From Desulfomonilia bacterium (lineage in GTDB: Bacteria; Desulfobacterota; Desulfomonilia; UBA1062), in assembly GCA_963664325.2 (NCBI GenBank), contig CAXXDQ010000003.1, positions 640,001-704,000 of the forward strand: 64,000 nt of DNA. The letters run 5' to 3'. Of this stretch, positions 11,315 through 22,265 are shown one piece after another. Each line of letters opens with the position of its first letter. Positions within the stretch are counted from its first letter, which is position 1. Below the pieces are notes generated by a model. That model worked only from the letters and a program-made list of their open reading frames with translations, did no database searches and was not told the origin of the DNA. The translations under genes were made by a program, and so were the position numbers.

Positions 11315-12208
11315 ATGCATGAACCTGAACAACTGGTAATTAGGCCACCGAGCGAAGCGCGGAGTCTTCTCGTAAGGCTTTCGCGCGGCTGCGACTGGAA
11401 CAGATGCCTTTTCTGCGGCATATATGATCTGTTCGGCACACCCTATTCAACGCGAACCGCAGGCGAGGTCAAGCTCGATATCGACGCCCTTGCCGAAAGA
11501 CATTCAGGCTGGTTCAAAACGGCATTTCTCGGTGACGCCAATCCCTTGAACCTGCCCTCTGAAGACCTGGTGGAAATACTGAAACATCTCAAGAAAAAGT
11601 TTCCGGCAGTCGCCCGTGTGACTGCTTACGGCAGGGCTTCGAGCATCTGGAAGAAGACCGATGAGGAACTCAGGGCTATCAGGGAAGCGGGGCTGGACAG
11701 GCTCCACGTGGGAATGGAAAGCGGCTCCGATGAAGTTCTCAGGCTGCAGAAAAAGGGGACCAGTTCAAAGCAGCTTATTGAAACGGGACAAAGGGCCAGG
11801 GCAGCCGGTTTTGAAGTAAGCTTTTACCTTCTACTGGGGCTTGGCGGTCAGGCCCTCAGCAAAGAGCATGTCCTTGGTTCCGTAAGGGTCATAAATGAGG
11901 CCAGGCCCGATTTCGTACGTGTGCGAAGGCTCTGGGTTCATCCCGCGTCGCGTCTGAGCGCTCTTATTGAATCAGGAGAATTCAGGGAGCAGACGCCTGA
12001 AGGGACTGTCATCGAGTTAAGGGACATTCTTTCAGGGCTGACATGCGACGGCACCTATTTCACATGTGATCATGCAAACAATTATATCCAGGTACACGGC
12101 GAGCTCATGAAGGACAAACCGGCCATGCTGAGTGTGATTGAGAAGTTTCTCAAACTGCCGGAAGCTCAAAGAAAACGGCATTATGAGAGCATGCCGTCAG
12201 TGATTTAA
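11315..12208 (+). CDS. radical SAM protein
   Basis: IRPPSEA..L, GCDWNRCLFC cluster motif, GMESGSDEVL and DHANNY. Confidence 0.85.
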   Translation: MHEPEQLVIRPPSEARSLLVRLSRGCDWNRCLFCGIYDLFGTPYSTRTAGEVKLDIDALAERHSGWFKTAFLGDANPLNLPSEDLVEILKHLKKKFPAVARVTAYGRASSIWKKTDEELRAIREAGLDRLHVGMESGSDEVLRLQKKGTSSKQLIETGQRARAAGFEVSFYLLLGLGGQALSKEHVLGSVRVINEARPDFVRVRRLWVHPASRLSALIESGEFREQTPEGTVIELRDILSGLTCDGTYFTCDHANNYIQVHGELMKDKPAMLSVIEKFLKLPEAQRKRHYESMPSVI

Positions 12209-12659
12209 GAAAAGAAGGCTTCTTGAGGGAATAGCAAGTTTTTTGTGGTCTGCAACAAGTTAAACAGTAAAGAAAATCACCCATGTGGCTTCCAAAATAT
12301 GCTCTATGGAAAATATATGCAGTATTAATGCTCATCTGCTGATTAGGAACAGCAATACAAATTCTATTTTCTTGGCCGATCAGAAAAGCGGCTGCTGCCG
12401 TACTTAATTGTGCTGCCGTTAGTCTGCTAATAAAATCAGGCGACTGCCGGTACGAATGACTGCTGGATGTGAAGCATCCATTCCCTGCTTACGGATTATC
12501 TTCAGCTTTTCTATAATTCGGCGTCAGTCTTTCATACCCGAAGGCATTGCCGGAATTCCGGTAAATTATTTCCCAAAGGAACCTGTAATTTTTATAGCAT
12601 TGACAAGACACCCGGTTTTATTGTTCAGATTCCTGAAAAAGAAATTGGAGACAACGATT

Positions 12660-14003
12660 ATGAACGACTATCAGAAAGAATATCGGGAAAAGCTCGTAAG
12701 TGCGGACGAGGCTGTAAAAGTGGTCAGGTCAGGCGACTGGCTCGATTACTCCTTCGGGCTCAGCTCGCCCAACGAACTGGACAAGGCCCTTGCGAAAAGA
12801 AAAGGTGAACTCTCCGACGTAAACATCCGGGTCTGCATAGGACTGTGGCCTCACCATACGATTGAGGCGGACCCTGAAGGCAAGTCATTCCACTGGAACA
12901 GCTGGCATTTCAGCGTGAAGGAGCGCGAATATTACAACAAGGGCCAGCTTTCATATGTGCCTATGAAATTCAAGGAATGCCCTGACATGACACGAAACGA
13001 ATGCGTGCCGGCGAGGATATTCATGGCAACCGTAAGTCCGATGGACAAGCACGGGTACTTCAATTTCGGGTCTAATTCGCCTGCGTCCCTTGCAGCAGTT
13101 GAAAAGGCCGAGTGTGTGGTCCTGGAAGTGAACACCAACATGCCCAGGGTCCTTGGCGGCAACCAGGAGTGCATTCACATTTCACGGGTGGACTATATTA
13201 TCGAGACGTCGAACCCGCCGCTGCCGACAATTCCGGTACTGGAACCGAACGATATTGAAAAAAAGATCGCTTCACACATAATCGAGTACATGCATGACGG
13301 CTGCTGCCTCCAGCTCGGAATTGGCGGTGTTCCGAGCGCAATCGGCAGCATGATTTCCGAATCCGACCTGAAGGACCTGGGTGTCCATACCGAGATGTAT
13401 GTCGATGCATACCTAAAGATGTATAAGGCAGGAAGGATCACGTGTTCAAAGAAACCTATAGACCGCTACAAACAGGTCTTTTCATTTGCAATAGGCTCAA
13501 GGGACCTCTATAATTTCATTGACGACAATCCCGGCGTGATATCATACCCGGTTGACTATACCAACGACCCCAGAAACATCGCCATGATCGACGATTTTAT
13601 TTCCATAAACGCATGCATCGAGGTTGACCTCTTCGGTCAGGTGGCCTCGGAGAGCGTCGGCCACATTCACAAAAGCGGCACCGGCGGACAACTCGATTTT
13701 GTCGAGGGCGCATACAAATCAAACGGCGGAATGAGCTTTTTATGCCTCGCATCCACCTATGACAAGAAAGGCAGGGTTCTTTCGAGAATCAGGCCGACTC
13801 TCGATCCCGGAACGATCGTGACCTGCCCGAGGACGGCGGTTCATATGATAGCGACCGAATACGGCGTGGTGAGCATGAAGGGAAAGAGCACCTGGGAAAG
13901 GGCCGAGGCCCTGATATCGATAGCGCATCCGGACTTCAGGGACTGGCTTATTAAGGAGGCGGGGAAGATGAAGATATGGAAGCGGTCGAATAAGATAAGT
14001 TAA
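12660..14003 (+). CDS. acetyl-CoA hydrolase / 4-hydroxybutyrate CoA-transferase family protein
   Basis: Motifs [26 protein letters not shown] and IATEYG. GGAG precedes ATG 12660. Confidence 0.9.
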   Translation: MNDYQKEYREKLVSADEAVKVVRSGDWLDYSFGLSSPNELDKALAKRKGELSDVNIRVCIGLWPHHTIEADPEGKSFHWNSWHFSVKEREYYNKGQLSYVPMKFKECPDMTRNECVPARIFMATVSPMDKHGYFNFGSNSPASLAAVEKAECVVLEVNTNMPRVLGGNQECIHISRVDYIIETSNPPLPTIPVLEPNDIEKKIASHIIEYMHDGCCLQLGIGGVPSAIGSMISESDLKDLGVHTEMYVDAYLKMYKAGRITCSKKPIDRYKQVFSFAIGSRDLYNFIDDNPGVISYPVDYTNDPRNIAMIDDFISINACIEVDLFGQVASESVGHIHKSGTGGQLDFVEGAYKSNGGMSFLCLASTYDKKGRVLSRIRPTLDPGTIVTCPRTAVHMIATEYGVVSMKGKSTWERAEALISIAHPDFRDWLIKEAGKMKIWKRSNKIS

Positions 14004-14007
14004 TATT

Positions 14008-14028
14008 GTGGTGAGTGGTGAGTGGTGA
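14008..14028 (+). repeat. heptamer tandem repeat (GTGGTGA)x3
   Basis: Seen directly in the intergenic gap. Confidence 0.8.
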
Positions 14029-14066
14029 GAAAAACCTGAAAGAACAATGATTCCAAGGGAGAGTAA

Positions 14067-14603
14067 ATGACCATATTCATAATCGTCGGCATGCCCGCCT
14101 CCGGCAAGAACTGTGCTAGGGATTATGCCGGGGCCAAAGGTTACCCGTATTTTGCCACAGGCGATATAGTCAGGATGGAGGTGGCAAAACTGGGTCTTGA
14201 AGCGAATGCCGAGAACACGGGAAAAGTCTCGACCGGGATGAGGGGTGCGGACGGACTAGGTATAACCCGTCAGGCTCTGGAAACCGCGCTTTCCAATGAT
14301 TCACCTGTCGTATTCCTTGAAGGCATGCGGTCCTGGCAGGAGATTGTTCTGGTCAGGGAAAAGGCCAGGGCCTGTGTGGTTGCGTTTCTTGCCCCGCGGG
14401 AAATGAGGCGGGGACGTATCATAAACCGTGGCCGCGCCGATGATTCGGCGGATGCATTCGACGCGCGAGACATGCGCGAGATTGAGTACGGAACAGCCGT
14501 TCCTGTGGCACTGGCCGATGCCTATGTCGTTAATACAGGCTCGATTGAAGATGCCATTCAAACCCTCGATAGCATTGTGAATGAGTCATTAAACAGGGAT
14601 TGA
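14067..14603 (+). CDS. P-loop kinase, UPF0200/dephospho-CoA-kinase-like
   Basis: Walker A GMPASGK; TGDIVR, EGMRS and RGRADD...RDxRE. Confidence 0.7.
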   Translation: MTIFIIVGMPASGKNCARDYAGAKGYPYFATGDIVRMEVAKLGLEANAENTGKVSTGMRGADGLGITRQALETALSNDSPVVFLEGMRSWQEIVLVREKARACVVAFLAPREMRRGRIINRGRADDSADAFDARDMREIEYGTAVPVALADAYVVNTGSIEDAIQTLDSIVNESLNRD

Positions 14604-14610
14604 GCTGAAC

Positions 14611-14931
14611 ATGTCCTGGGTAATTTTGTTTTTTGCCGGGCTTTCCGAGATATGCTGGGCAGTCGGCATGAAGTACTCCGATGGATTTACAAGACCCTGG
14701 CCGAGCATATTCACTGTAGGCTTCATGCTGATAAGTATCTTCCTTCTCGGGCAGGCGTTAAAAACGCTTCCGGTCGGTACTGCTTATGCGGTCTGGACCG
14801 GGATAGGCGCCATCGGGACTGCTGTCTGCGGCATGATTCTCTTTGGCGAACCAAGGGATGCAGCCAGACTTTTTTGCATATTTCTGATCGTGGCCGGCAT
14901 TGTCGGTTTAAAACTGGTTACAAAAACTTAG
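14611..14931 (+). CDS. sugE: SMR family transporter SugE/Gdx
   Basis: WxILFFAGLSEICWAVGMKYSDGF and LPVGTAYAVWTGIG; four TM helices. Confidence 0.88.
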   Translation: MSWVILFFAGLSEICWAVGMKYSDGFTRPWPSIFTVGFMLISIFLLGQALKTLPVGTAYAVWTGIGAIGTAVCGMILFGEPRDAARLFCIFLIVAGIVGLKLVTKT

Positions 14932-14946
14932 ATTAAGGTCTGTTGC

Positions 14947-15762
14947 TCAGCTTTCAAAAAGAAGGCTGAGGCCTGCTTTAAAATAAAGGTCGGAAGCGTC
15001 CGTCGGATGTTTGAACTTTGCATAGCCTGAAACATATGCCGACATTGCCTGTTTACCGGCCGTAAAAGTCTTTCCCACTCCTCCCCCCAGCGGAACGGTC
15101 CACTGCTGGGAGTCCGGCAATTCGTAATTGCAGGTAAACTCGGGGTCGATGAATATATACCAGCCTTGAGCGTTATTGAGATATATAAAGGGTCTGATAC
15201 CAAGTTCACTGATATCGCCCCGGCTCCCGGGTCCTGCAAACGAAAAGAGGCCGTCAGCAGCGATTCCTGCCACCATGGCCCCATCGGTATAAACCAGGGT
15301 AACAGCAGGTCCTGCCGTCCATCTTCCGGTGCCGAGGAGATTGTCTGTAGCCGTAGGGATGCCGATTATCGGTCCTATTCCCCAGGAAAAGCCCTTTTGA
15401 GAGGCATCGGCCAGGTATGCCTTTATTTTGATATCGCCGAGGCCTGCCTGTTCCTCTGGCCACGGGACATAGGCAAGGGGGATCTCGGGCCTGATCACTA
15501 TATCCATTCCTGAACCTGCCGGAACAGGCAGGACAGGTTTGATGTTAAAAATGTTCATGATGTCGTTGCGGCTGGGACCGTACCTGAAAAATGCCGAATC
15601 CTCGAATGACACGCTTTGAATACCGTCCGCAGGGTTTTCCAGACGTTCGGACAGAATCAGAAGCCTGTTAGAGGCATTATCGCCTGCAAAGACATAGCCG
15701 GGCAGGCATAGAACAGAAAGCATGAACAGGGATATCAGGCCCCTATATCTTGTGCATATCAT
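14947..15762 (-). CDS. exported beta-barrel protein, paralog of 6757..7617
   Basis: Signal peptide, GLGDI, IPTATDNLLGTGRWTAGP and WTVPLGGGVGK. Confidence 0.65.
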   Translation of the reverse strand: MICTRYRGLISLFMLSVLCLPGYVFAGDNASNRLLILSERLENPADGIQSVSFEDSAFFRYGPSRNDIMNIFNIKPVLPVPAGSGMDIVIRPEIPLAYVPWPEEQAGLGDIKIKAYLADASQKGFSWGIGPIIGIPTATDNLLGTGRWTAGPAVTLVYTDGAMVAGIAADGLFSFAGPGSRGDISELGIRPFIYLNNAQGWYIFIDPEFTCNYELPDSQQWTVPLGGGVGKTFTAGKQAMSAYVSGYAKFKHPTDASDLYFKAGLSLLFES

Positions 15763-18242
15763 TTGGAGAGCTTGATGCCCCAGATATTTTCGCAGTATTC
15801 CCTGATGGACCGGTCGGATGAGAACTTGCCCATTCTGGCTACATTAAGAACCGACATCTCGGTCCAGTGCTCTTTATTCCTGTAAGCATGGGATACACTG
15901 TCCTGGCATTCGATGTATGACTGGTAGTCGGCAAAAAGCATGAATGTGTCATAATTCAAAAGGCTGTCGACCAGGGGTTTGAAGAGCTCCCTGTCTCCAC
16001 CTGAAAAATAGCCCGAGCTTATGAGGTCGATTGCCTCCCTGAGTTCCGGGTTTGCTTCATAGAGGCTGCGTGGCGAATATCCTTCATCCCTGAGCTTATG
16101 CACCTCGTCTGCCGTCCTGCCGAATAGGAAGAAATTGTCTTTGCCCACCTCCTGCCTGATCTCTATGTTCGCCCCGTCGAGCGTTCCGATTGTGAGGGCG
16201 CCGTTGAATGAGAATTTCATGTTGCCCGTGCCCGAGGCCTCGAGACCCGCCGTAGAGATCTGCTCGGAAAGGTCCGCCGCAGGATAGATCCTCTGTCCTG
16301 ACTTGACTCCGAAATCCGGGAAGAAGACCACCCTCAAGATATCTTTCGAAACAGGGTCGCTGTTCACCTTGTCGCCTACGGAGTTTATAAGCTTGATGAT
16401 TAACTTGGCCATATAATATCCGGGCGCGGCCTTGCCGCCGAATATGAATGTACGGGGCGTTGTCTCAAAGCCGGGATTGTGCCTGAGCCTGTTGTATAGT
16501 GTTATTATGTTAAGGACATTCAAATGCTGCCTCTTGTACTCATGGATGCGTTTTACCTGGCAGTCGAACATGGAAGAGGGGTCAACGTCTATGCCGGTCT
16601 TGTCTTTTATAAGTTTCGCTAGGCCGCACTTGTTGTCATGCTTTATATTCCGCCATTTTTCGCAAAAGGATCTGTCCTGTGCCTTTGGTTCAAGCTTTCT
16701 GAGCTCCTCCGGTTTGGTGACCCATGCATCGCCGATGGCCTCTTTTATGAGATCGCTCATGGCCGGGTTGCTTAAAAGTATCCACCTTCTCGGCGTAACG
16801 CCGTTTGTTATGTTGAGGAACTTTTCAGGCCACATATCATAAAAGTCCTTCAGCAGCTGGTTTTTGACAAGTTCGGAATGCAACTCCGCAACGCCGTTTA
16901 TCTTGTGGCTTCCTATGCATGCAAGATGGGCCATCCTTACGTGGCGGTCTCCGGTTTCGTCTATTATCGAAAGCCTTTTCACCTTTTCCTCATCGCCGGG
17001 GAACATGCGCCTTACTTCACCCAGGAACCGGCGGTTTATTTCGTATATGATCTCAATGTGGCGCGGGAGGATATGGTTGAACAGCTCGAAGTCCCACTTT
17101 TCAAGCGCCTCGGGCATGAGAGTGTGGTTTGTGTAGGAAAAGGTATTGACGGTTACTTCCCATGCCTTGTCCCAGTCAAGATTGTGTTCGTCGACAAGGA
17201 GTCTCATCAGCTCGGCAACTGCGATCGAAGGGTGCGTGTCATTGAGCTGCACAGCCCAGATTCTGTGAAATTCCCGGGCGGGTATTTCGATGTCAATCAA
17301 TGTTCTGAGCATATCCTGCAGCGAGCACGAAACAAAGAAATACTGCTGGGCAAGCCTGAGCTGCCTGCCTGAGAAATTCTCGTCATTAGGGTAAAGCACC
17401 TTGGTTATGTTTTCCGAATATATCTTGTCTTCGACGGCCTTGTAATAATCGCCGTGGTTGAAAGCCTGGAAATCGAAGGATTCCGCGGCCTCGGCCTTCC
17501 AGAGTCTCATCAGGCTGCAGTTTGAAACCCGGTAGCCGGGTATCCACATATCGTATGCAATGCCGCGCACCTCATGGTGAGGAATCCACTTCACCCTGTA
17601 GCGGCCTTTTTCATCGGTATAGGACTCGGTATGTCCGCTGATTTTAATGTTAACAGCCAGCTCCGGTCTTGCGATTTCCCATGGGTTGCCGTCCTGCAGC
17701 CACTTGTCGGTCACTTCATGCTGCCAGCCGTCTTGAATTACCTGATCGAATATCCCGAACTCATACCTGATGCCGTAGCCTATTGCCGGGATTTCAAGGG
17801 TCGCCAGCGAATCGAGGTAGCATGATGCAAGCCTCCCCAGTCCTCCGTTCCCCAGGCCGGGTTCATGCTCCTGCCCCAGGATATAATTGAGACTGTATCC
17901 CTGCGCCTTGAGGGCATTCAGGACTTCATCGAATATTCCAAGATTGATAAGGTTGTTCCCGAGCTGAGGGCCTACCAGAAACTCGGCGGAAAAATACGCA
18001 ACGGCCTTGGTCGCTCTTTGAAAATCGGCCAGCATGCTTTCGGACTCTCGCATGATCATCCTGTCGCGCACGATGTAAGCGAACGCCATGAAGGCATCGT
18101 TCCTGGTGATCTTGAGTGTCATAAGCCTGCCCTGCATGCAGAGCAGCTGGTCTTCAAACGCCTGCCTTAAATCTTCAAGCTTGAGCCCGAACCTGACGGA
18201 ATCCGTTCTTTTCCTCGCTTCCTGTATTAATTTTTCTTCCAT
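15759..18242 (-). CDS. glgP: glycogen/alpha-glucan phosphorylase
   Basis: Motifs GLGNGGLGRLA, QLNDTHP, KRIHEYKRQ, EASGTGNMK and FSSDRSI. Confidence 0.97.
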   Translation of the reverse strand: MEEKLIQEARKRTDSVRFGLKLEDLRQAFEDQLLCMQGRLMTLKITRNDAFMAFAYIVRDRMIMRESESMLADFQRATKAVAYFSAEFLVGPQLGNNLINLGIFDEVLNALKAQGYSLNYILGQEHEPGLGNGGLGRLASCYLDSLATLEIPAIGYGIRYEFGIFDQVIQDGWQHEVTDKWLQDGNPWEIARPELAVNIKISGHTESYTDEKGRYRVKWIPHHEVRGIAYDMWIPGYRVSNCSLMRLWKAEAAESFDFQAFNHGDYYKAVEDKIYSENITKVLYPNDENFSGRQLRLAQQYFFVSCSLQDMLRTLIDIEIPAREFHRIWAVQLNDTHPSIAVAELMRLLVDEHNLDWDKAWEVTVNTFSYTNHTLMPEALEKWDFELFNHILPRHIEIIYEINRRFLGEVRRMFPGDEEKVKRLSIIDETGDRHVRMAHLACIGSHKINGVAELHSELVKNQLLKDFYDMWPEKFLNITNGVTPRRWILLSNPAMSDLIKEAIGDAWVTKPEELRKLEPKAQDRSFCEKWRNIKHDNKCGLAKLIKDKTGIDVDPSSMFDCQVKRIHEYKRQHLNVLNIITLYNRLRHNPGFETTPRTFIFGGKAAPGYYMAKLIIKLINSVGDKVNSDPVSKDILRVVFFPDFGVKSGQRIYPAADLSEQISTAGLEASGTGNMKFSFNGALTIGTLDGANIEIRQEVGKDNFFLFGRTADEVHKLRDEGYSPRSLYEANPELREAIDLISSGYFSGGDRELFKPLVDSLLNYDTFMLFADYQSYIECQDSVSHAYRNKEHWTEMSVLNVARMGKFSSDRSIREYCENIWGIKLSK

Positions 18243-18407
18243 TCTGTCTCCTGCATCACATTTAAAATTTAAAAATAATACCCATGATTTTATTCGGCCG
18301 GCCCGGGTTTAAACTTGAGTGGATTATATGGATTCGGAAACAGCCGGCCCTGGAAATTACCGGGCAATATGATTACTGGGCCGGCAGATATATGTAAGTT
18401 AATATTC

Positions 18408-20249
18408 TTATATTCCGGCGGCACCCAGAAGCATTTTCATGATGCTGTTCCATGTTTTCTGGGGATCGGGGATCTGTTCGGGCTCTATCATCTCTGAGGA
18501 CATCTTAATATCAGGCGTTTCATTCCCTGTACCACTTGCATTTTTAAGGTTGAACAGCAGTCTCTTGGGCGTGGCCTTTTCAGTTGACCACGTTGTCCAG
18601 TTCGCAAGATCAGCTCCGTTAGGATCACCGGAATGAACGAAGTTGGCGTAATACTTTCTCATGTATGCAGATAGAGCCAAGGCTCCCGGCAGGTTCTTCT
18701 TGTTCCAGGCGAAAAACGCCAGACTTGTCTTGTCGGTAATGAAATTGCCGAACACGAACGGCAGGTCCATTGCATGACCTGCGCCGATAAAGAAGTCAAA
18801 CGGCTCCGGCTCTTCATCCCACATGAATTTGTAGACCCAGACATTGTCCTGCCATTTCTTTAATGCGGTTACCGTCTGGTCGACGCCGAACCCTTCCATG
18901 TACAGCTGGCCGATTGTGGTTACTGGGCCGTAAAGCGCCAGTATCGGGTACGAGACCGGATCGATGAGCTTGTTCAGGTCGAAATTCGGATTGTCCGGAT
19001 CATATGCCTGGGTTGAATCCCATAGTCTCTTCGGGTTGAAAACCAGCTGGGATATAAGAAGCCTCAGCTCTTCTTTCGTGCAGCCTATGATTACCGGCAC
19101 CTTGTGGTAAAACCCTTTTTTTATGCAGTCTATCGGTGCCTCGGGAACAACATGGCCGTCCTCGTAAACGCCCATCATGGCGTCAGCTACGGTTATGCTG
19201 TCCATCGGGAGTGTAAACGGTCCGCAGTTGTCGGCTGGATATATTTCTTCTATAGTCTTCGAGCGGAGATAACCGGCTATCCATTCATTTGATTTGTCTT
19301 TCAGGAAATCGCTTACCCCTGATTTTTCTGCGAGCCCGTCCTGGACAATGAGCCTTTCCAGCATCATCCCGGCTTTCTTTTCGGCGCTTTCCACCGGGCA
19401 GGAATTACTGAACCCGCTGTGTATTATCGCCTTTTGAAATAGACCTTCGGCGAGTGGTGATACCATCATGGTGAGTGTATTGATGCCGCCTGCGGACTGG
19501 CCGGAAATTGTTACATTGTCAGGGTCTCCGCCGAATGCGGCTATATTCTGTTTTATCCATTTGAGCGACTGGATAATATCCAGCGTGCCGTAATTGCCCG
19601 AGTCATCAAGCTTGTCGCCCGTAAGGAGGGCGGGGTGCCTGAACCATCCGAGATAGCCGATCCTGTAGTTCACAGTCACGAAAACGAAATTGCCGTCTGA
19701 CGAAACCCTGGCGCCGTCATATATGCTCACATCGGACCTGCCGATTATGTTGCCGCCGCCGTATATGAAAACATAAACCGGGAGTTTGGTCTCTTTGGTA
19801 TCCGGTCTCCATATATTAAGAAACAGGCAATCTTCGCTGCCGGTAACCTTGCCGTCGCCGATAATATCAGAGAGCGTATCAGCACCTGTCTCGGAGAGGA
19901 AGTTGCCGTACTGGGTGCAGAAGCTGCAGAATTTTGTGGCGTCCCTTATCCCGTCCCATGGTTCGGGTTCCTGAGGAGCCCTCCATCTTAGGTCTCCGAC
20001 AGGCGGCTTTGCAAAAGGTATTCCCAGCCATGCAAGGGTATTGTGTTCGGCCGTTTTGCCCCTTAAAATCCCCTGGCCTACTGTGACCTCAAGAGATGAA
20101 CCAACAAGTGCGGGATTGTTCGAAGTGTCCTCTGTTGAACTCCGGGGTGTGCCTCCGTCGTCACCGCCAGATGAGGTTGAACAGCCTGAAGCTGCACAAA
20201 GAAGGAAAATTAACGAATATACGAAAAACAGTCTCAAGCTTTTTTCCAT
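18408..20249 (-). CDS. type B carboxylesterase, probable lipoprotein
   Basis: GIPFAKPPVGDLRW, SEDCLFLNIW, catalytic GQSAG and GHAMDL. Lipoprotein-like leader MEKSLRLFF...ASGC from ATG 20249. Confidence 0.88.
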   Translation of the reverse strand: MEKSLRLFFVYSLIFLLCAASGCSTSSGGDDGGTPRSSTEDTSNNPALVGSSLEVTVGQGILRGKTAEHNTLAWLGIPFAKPPVGDLRWRAPQEPEPWDGIRDATKFCSFCTQYGNFLSETGADTLSDIIGDGKVTGSEDCLFLNIWRPDTKETKLPVYVFIYGGGNIIGRSDVSIYDGARVSSDGNFVFVTVNYRIGYLGWFRHPALLTGDKLDDSGNYGTLDIIQSLKWIKQNIAAFGGDPDNVTISGQSAGGINTLTMMVSPLAEGLFQKAIIHSGFSNSCPVESAEKKAGMMLERLIVQDGLAEKSGVSDFLKDKSNEWIAGYLRSKTIEEIYPADNCGPFTLPMDSITVADAMMGVYEDGHVVPEAPIDCIKKGFYHKVPVIIGCTKEELRLLISQLVFNPKRLWDSTQAYDPDNPNFDLNKLIDPVSYPILALYGPVTTIGQLYMEGFGVDQTVTALKKWQDNVWVYKFMWDEEPEPFDFFIGAGHAMDLPFVFGNFITDKTSLAFFAWNKKNLPGALALSAYMRKYYANFVHSGDPNGADLANWTTWSTEKATPKRLLFNLKNASGTGNETPDIKMSSEMIEPEQIPDPQKTWNSIMKMLLGAAGI

Positions 20250-20432
20250 GGCGTTCCCCCATAGTTTATTCAATAATCCTCGCCAACATTGAATCAATGT
20301 AGTAATTAAAAAAATAATACTGAAATGGACAAGGTCAAGTATCCGGGAACCGATTATGGTCCTGTATGGTTGATGATTGAACAGGGAAAGGATAGAGAGA
20401 CTGATATTCAGCATATATTCCGGAGGAGCTAT

Positions 20433-22091
20433 ATGAAAAGCGACAATATGAAATCGGGCATTGAAAAGGCGCCCCACCGCTCGCTTTTGAAGGCAATCGG
20501 GCTTACGGATGAAGAGATTGCAAGGCCTTTTGTAGGGATAGTGAATTCAGCAAACGAGATCGTTCCGGGACATATTCATTTGAACCAGATAGCCTCGGCA
20601 GCAAAGGCTGGCGTGAGGATGGCCGGGGGCACGCCTCTTGAGTTTTCGGTAATAGGGATATGCGACGGGCTGGCCATGCATCACGATGGGATGCATTATT
20701 CTCTGCCTTCAAGGGAAATGATTGCTGATTCGATTGAAATAATGGCCAGAGCCCATCCTTTTGATGCCCTGGTGTTTATCCCGAACTGCGACAAGATTAT
20801 TCCCGGCATGCTTATGGCCTGTCTCAGGCTTAACCTTCCCTCGGTCTTTATTTCCGGCGGTCCCATGCTCGCAGGTGTACTGGGCGGAAAATCCGCAGAC
20901 CTGATAAGCATATTCGAAGCAGTCGGCAGGGTTAGATCAGGAACAATGACAAAGATGGAGCTTGCCGAACTAGAAGAAGCAGCCTGTCCGACCTGCGGTT
21001 CATGCTCGGGTATGTTCACGGCGAATTCGATGAATTGCCTGACGGAAGCGATCGGGCTCGGGCTTCCCGGAAACGGGACCATACCGGCTGTTTATTCGGA
21101 AAGGATACGGCTTGCCAAAAAGGCCGGAATGGCCGTAATGCAGCTTTTTGAAAAAGATATCAAGCCAAGGGACATAGCTTCACGCGAGGCCTTTTTAAAC
21201 GCAATTGCCGTGGATGTCTCTCTAGGCTGTTCTACAAATACGGTCCTTCATGTGCCTGCGGTTGCCTATGAAGCAGGGGTGGATCTCGAACTCGCCGACT
21301 TTGACAATATGAGCCTCAAGATTCCGCATATATGCAGCATGTCACCGGCAGGTCCTCATCATCTGGAAGACCTGTACAGGGCCGGCGGTGTACAGGGCGT
21401 GCTAAAGCGGCTGGCCGGACTCAAGGTGCTTGACCTCAAGGTGATGACGGCAACCGCAAAGACGCTTAAGGAAAATCTGAAAAAAGCCCGCATAACGGAT
21501 GAAGATGTCATAAGGCCGATAAAAAAGGCCTATCACAAGGAGGGAGGCATTGCGATTCTGAAGGGCTCGCTTGCCCCTGACGGAGCTGTTGTCAAACAGT
21601 CCGGTGTCGCGCCAGAGATGATGAAAAGGAAAGGCCCGGCAAGGGTTTTCGATTCGGAGAACGAGGCCTCCAGGGCAATCCTTGGTAAAAAAATTAAAAA
21701 GGGTGATGTCATTATTATCCGCTATGAAGGGCCTAAAGGCGGCCCGGGCATGCGTGAAATGCTATCGCCAACTGCAGATATCATGGGCATGGGTCTCGGC
21801 AATGACGTAGCGCTGATCACGGACGGGCGCTTCAGCGGAGGCACCAGAGGTGCCGCAATCGGCCATGTCTCGCCGGAGGCTGCTCTAGGGGGGGCTATTG
21901 CATTAGTCAAGGAGGGGGATATTATTTCAATAGACATACCCAAACGAAGGCTGGATCTGCTTGTCCCGGAAAAGGAACTGGATAAGAGGAAACTTGGATT
22001 CAGTCCCAAAAAGAAGAAGCTTGCCGGTATCCTGAAACGCTATGCCGATATGAGCCTTTCTGCAGACAAGGGTGCGAGGTATAAGGATTAA
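20433..22091 (+). CDS. ilvD: dihydroxy-acid dehydratase
   Basis: Motifs [32 protein letters not shown] and [15 protein letters not shown] before ATG 20433. Confidence 0.96.
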   Translation: MKSDNMKSGIEKAPHRSLLKAIGLTDEEIARPFVGIVNSANEIVPGHIHLNQIASAAKAGVRMAGGTPLEFSVIGICDGLAMHHDGMHYSLPSREMIADSIEIMARAHPFDALVFIPNCDKIIPGMLMACLRLNLPSVFISGGPMLAGVLGGKSADLISIFEAVGRVRSGTMTKMELAELEEAACPTCGSCSGMFTANSMNCLTEAIGLGLPGNGTIPAVYSERIRLAKKAGMAVMQLFEKDIKPRDIASREAFLNAIAVDVSLGCSTNTVLHVPAVAYEAGVDLELADFDNMSLKIPHICSMSPAGPHHLEDLYRAGGVQGVLKRLAGLKVLDLKVMTATAKTLKENLKKARITDEDVIRPIKKAYHKEGGIAILKGSLAPDGAVVKQSGVAPEMMKRKGPARVFDSENEASRAILGKKIKKGDVIIIRYEGPKGGPGMREMLSPTADIMGMGLGNDVALITDGRFSGGTRGAAIGHVSPEAALGGAIALVKEGDIISIDIPKRRLDLLVPEKELDKRKLGFSPKKKKLAGILKRYADMSLSADKGARYKD

Positions 22092-22255
22092 AAGGCAGCT
22101 GATAAGCTTGAAGCCGGTAAGCTGATAAGCAAGAATAAGGATTAAATGAGGCTTATAAGCCTGAAGCTGTTAAGCTGATATGCGAAAACATAAACGGTTT
22201 TGTCTTTGCTCATTAACTCAACAGCTTAATAGCTTACCAGCTTACTAACAGCTGA
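22081..22255. repeat. degenerate ~54-bp tandem duplication built from AAGCT/AGCTG motifs, with an inverted block downstream
   Basis: ATAAGGATTAAA begins units at 22081 and 22135. Complementary CAGCTTA motifs occur at 22222-22255. Confidence 0.65.
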
Positions 22256-22265
22256 TCGAGGGATC

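Noticed and set aside
14560-14611. Guanidine riboswitch upstream of sugE
   Set aside because: Only 7 bp separate sugE from the upstream gene, and I see no riboswitch motif.
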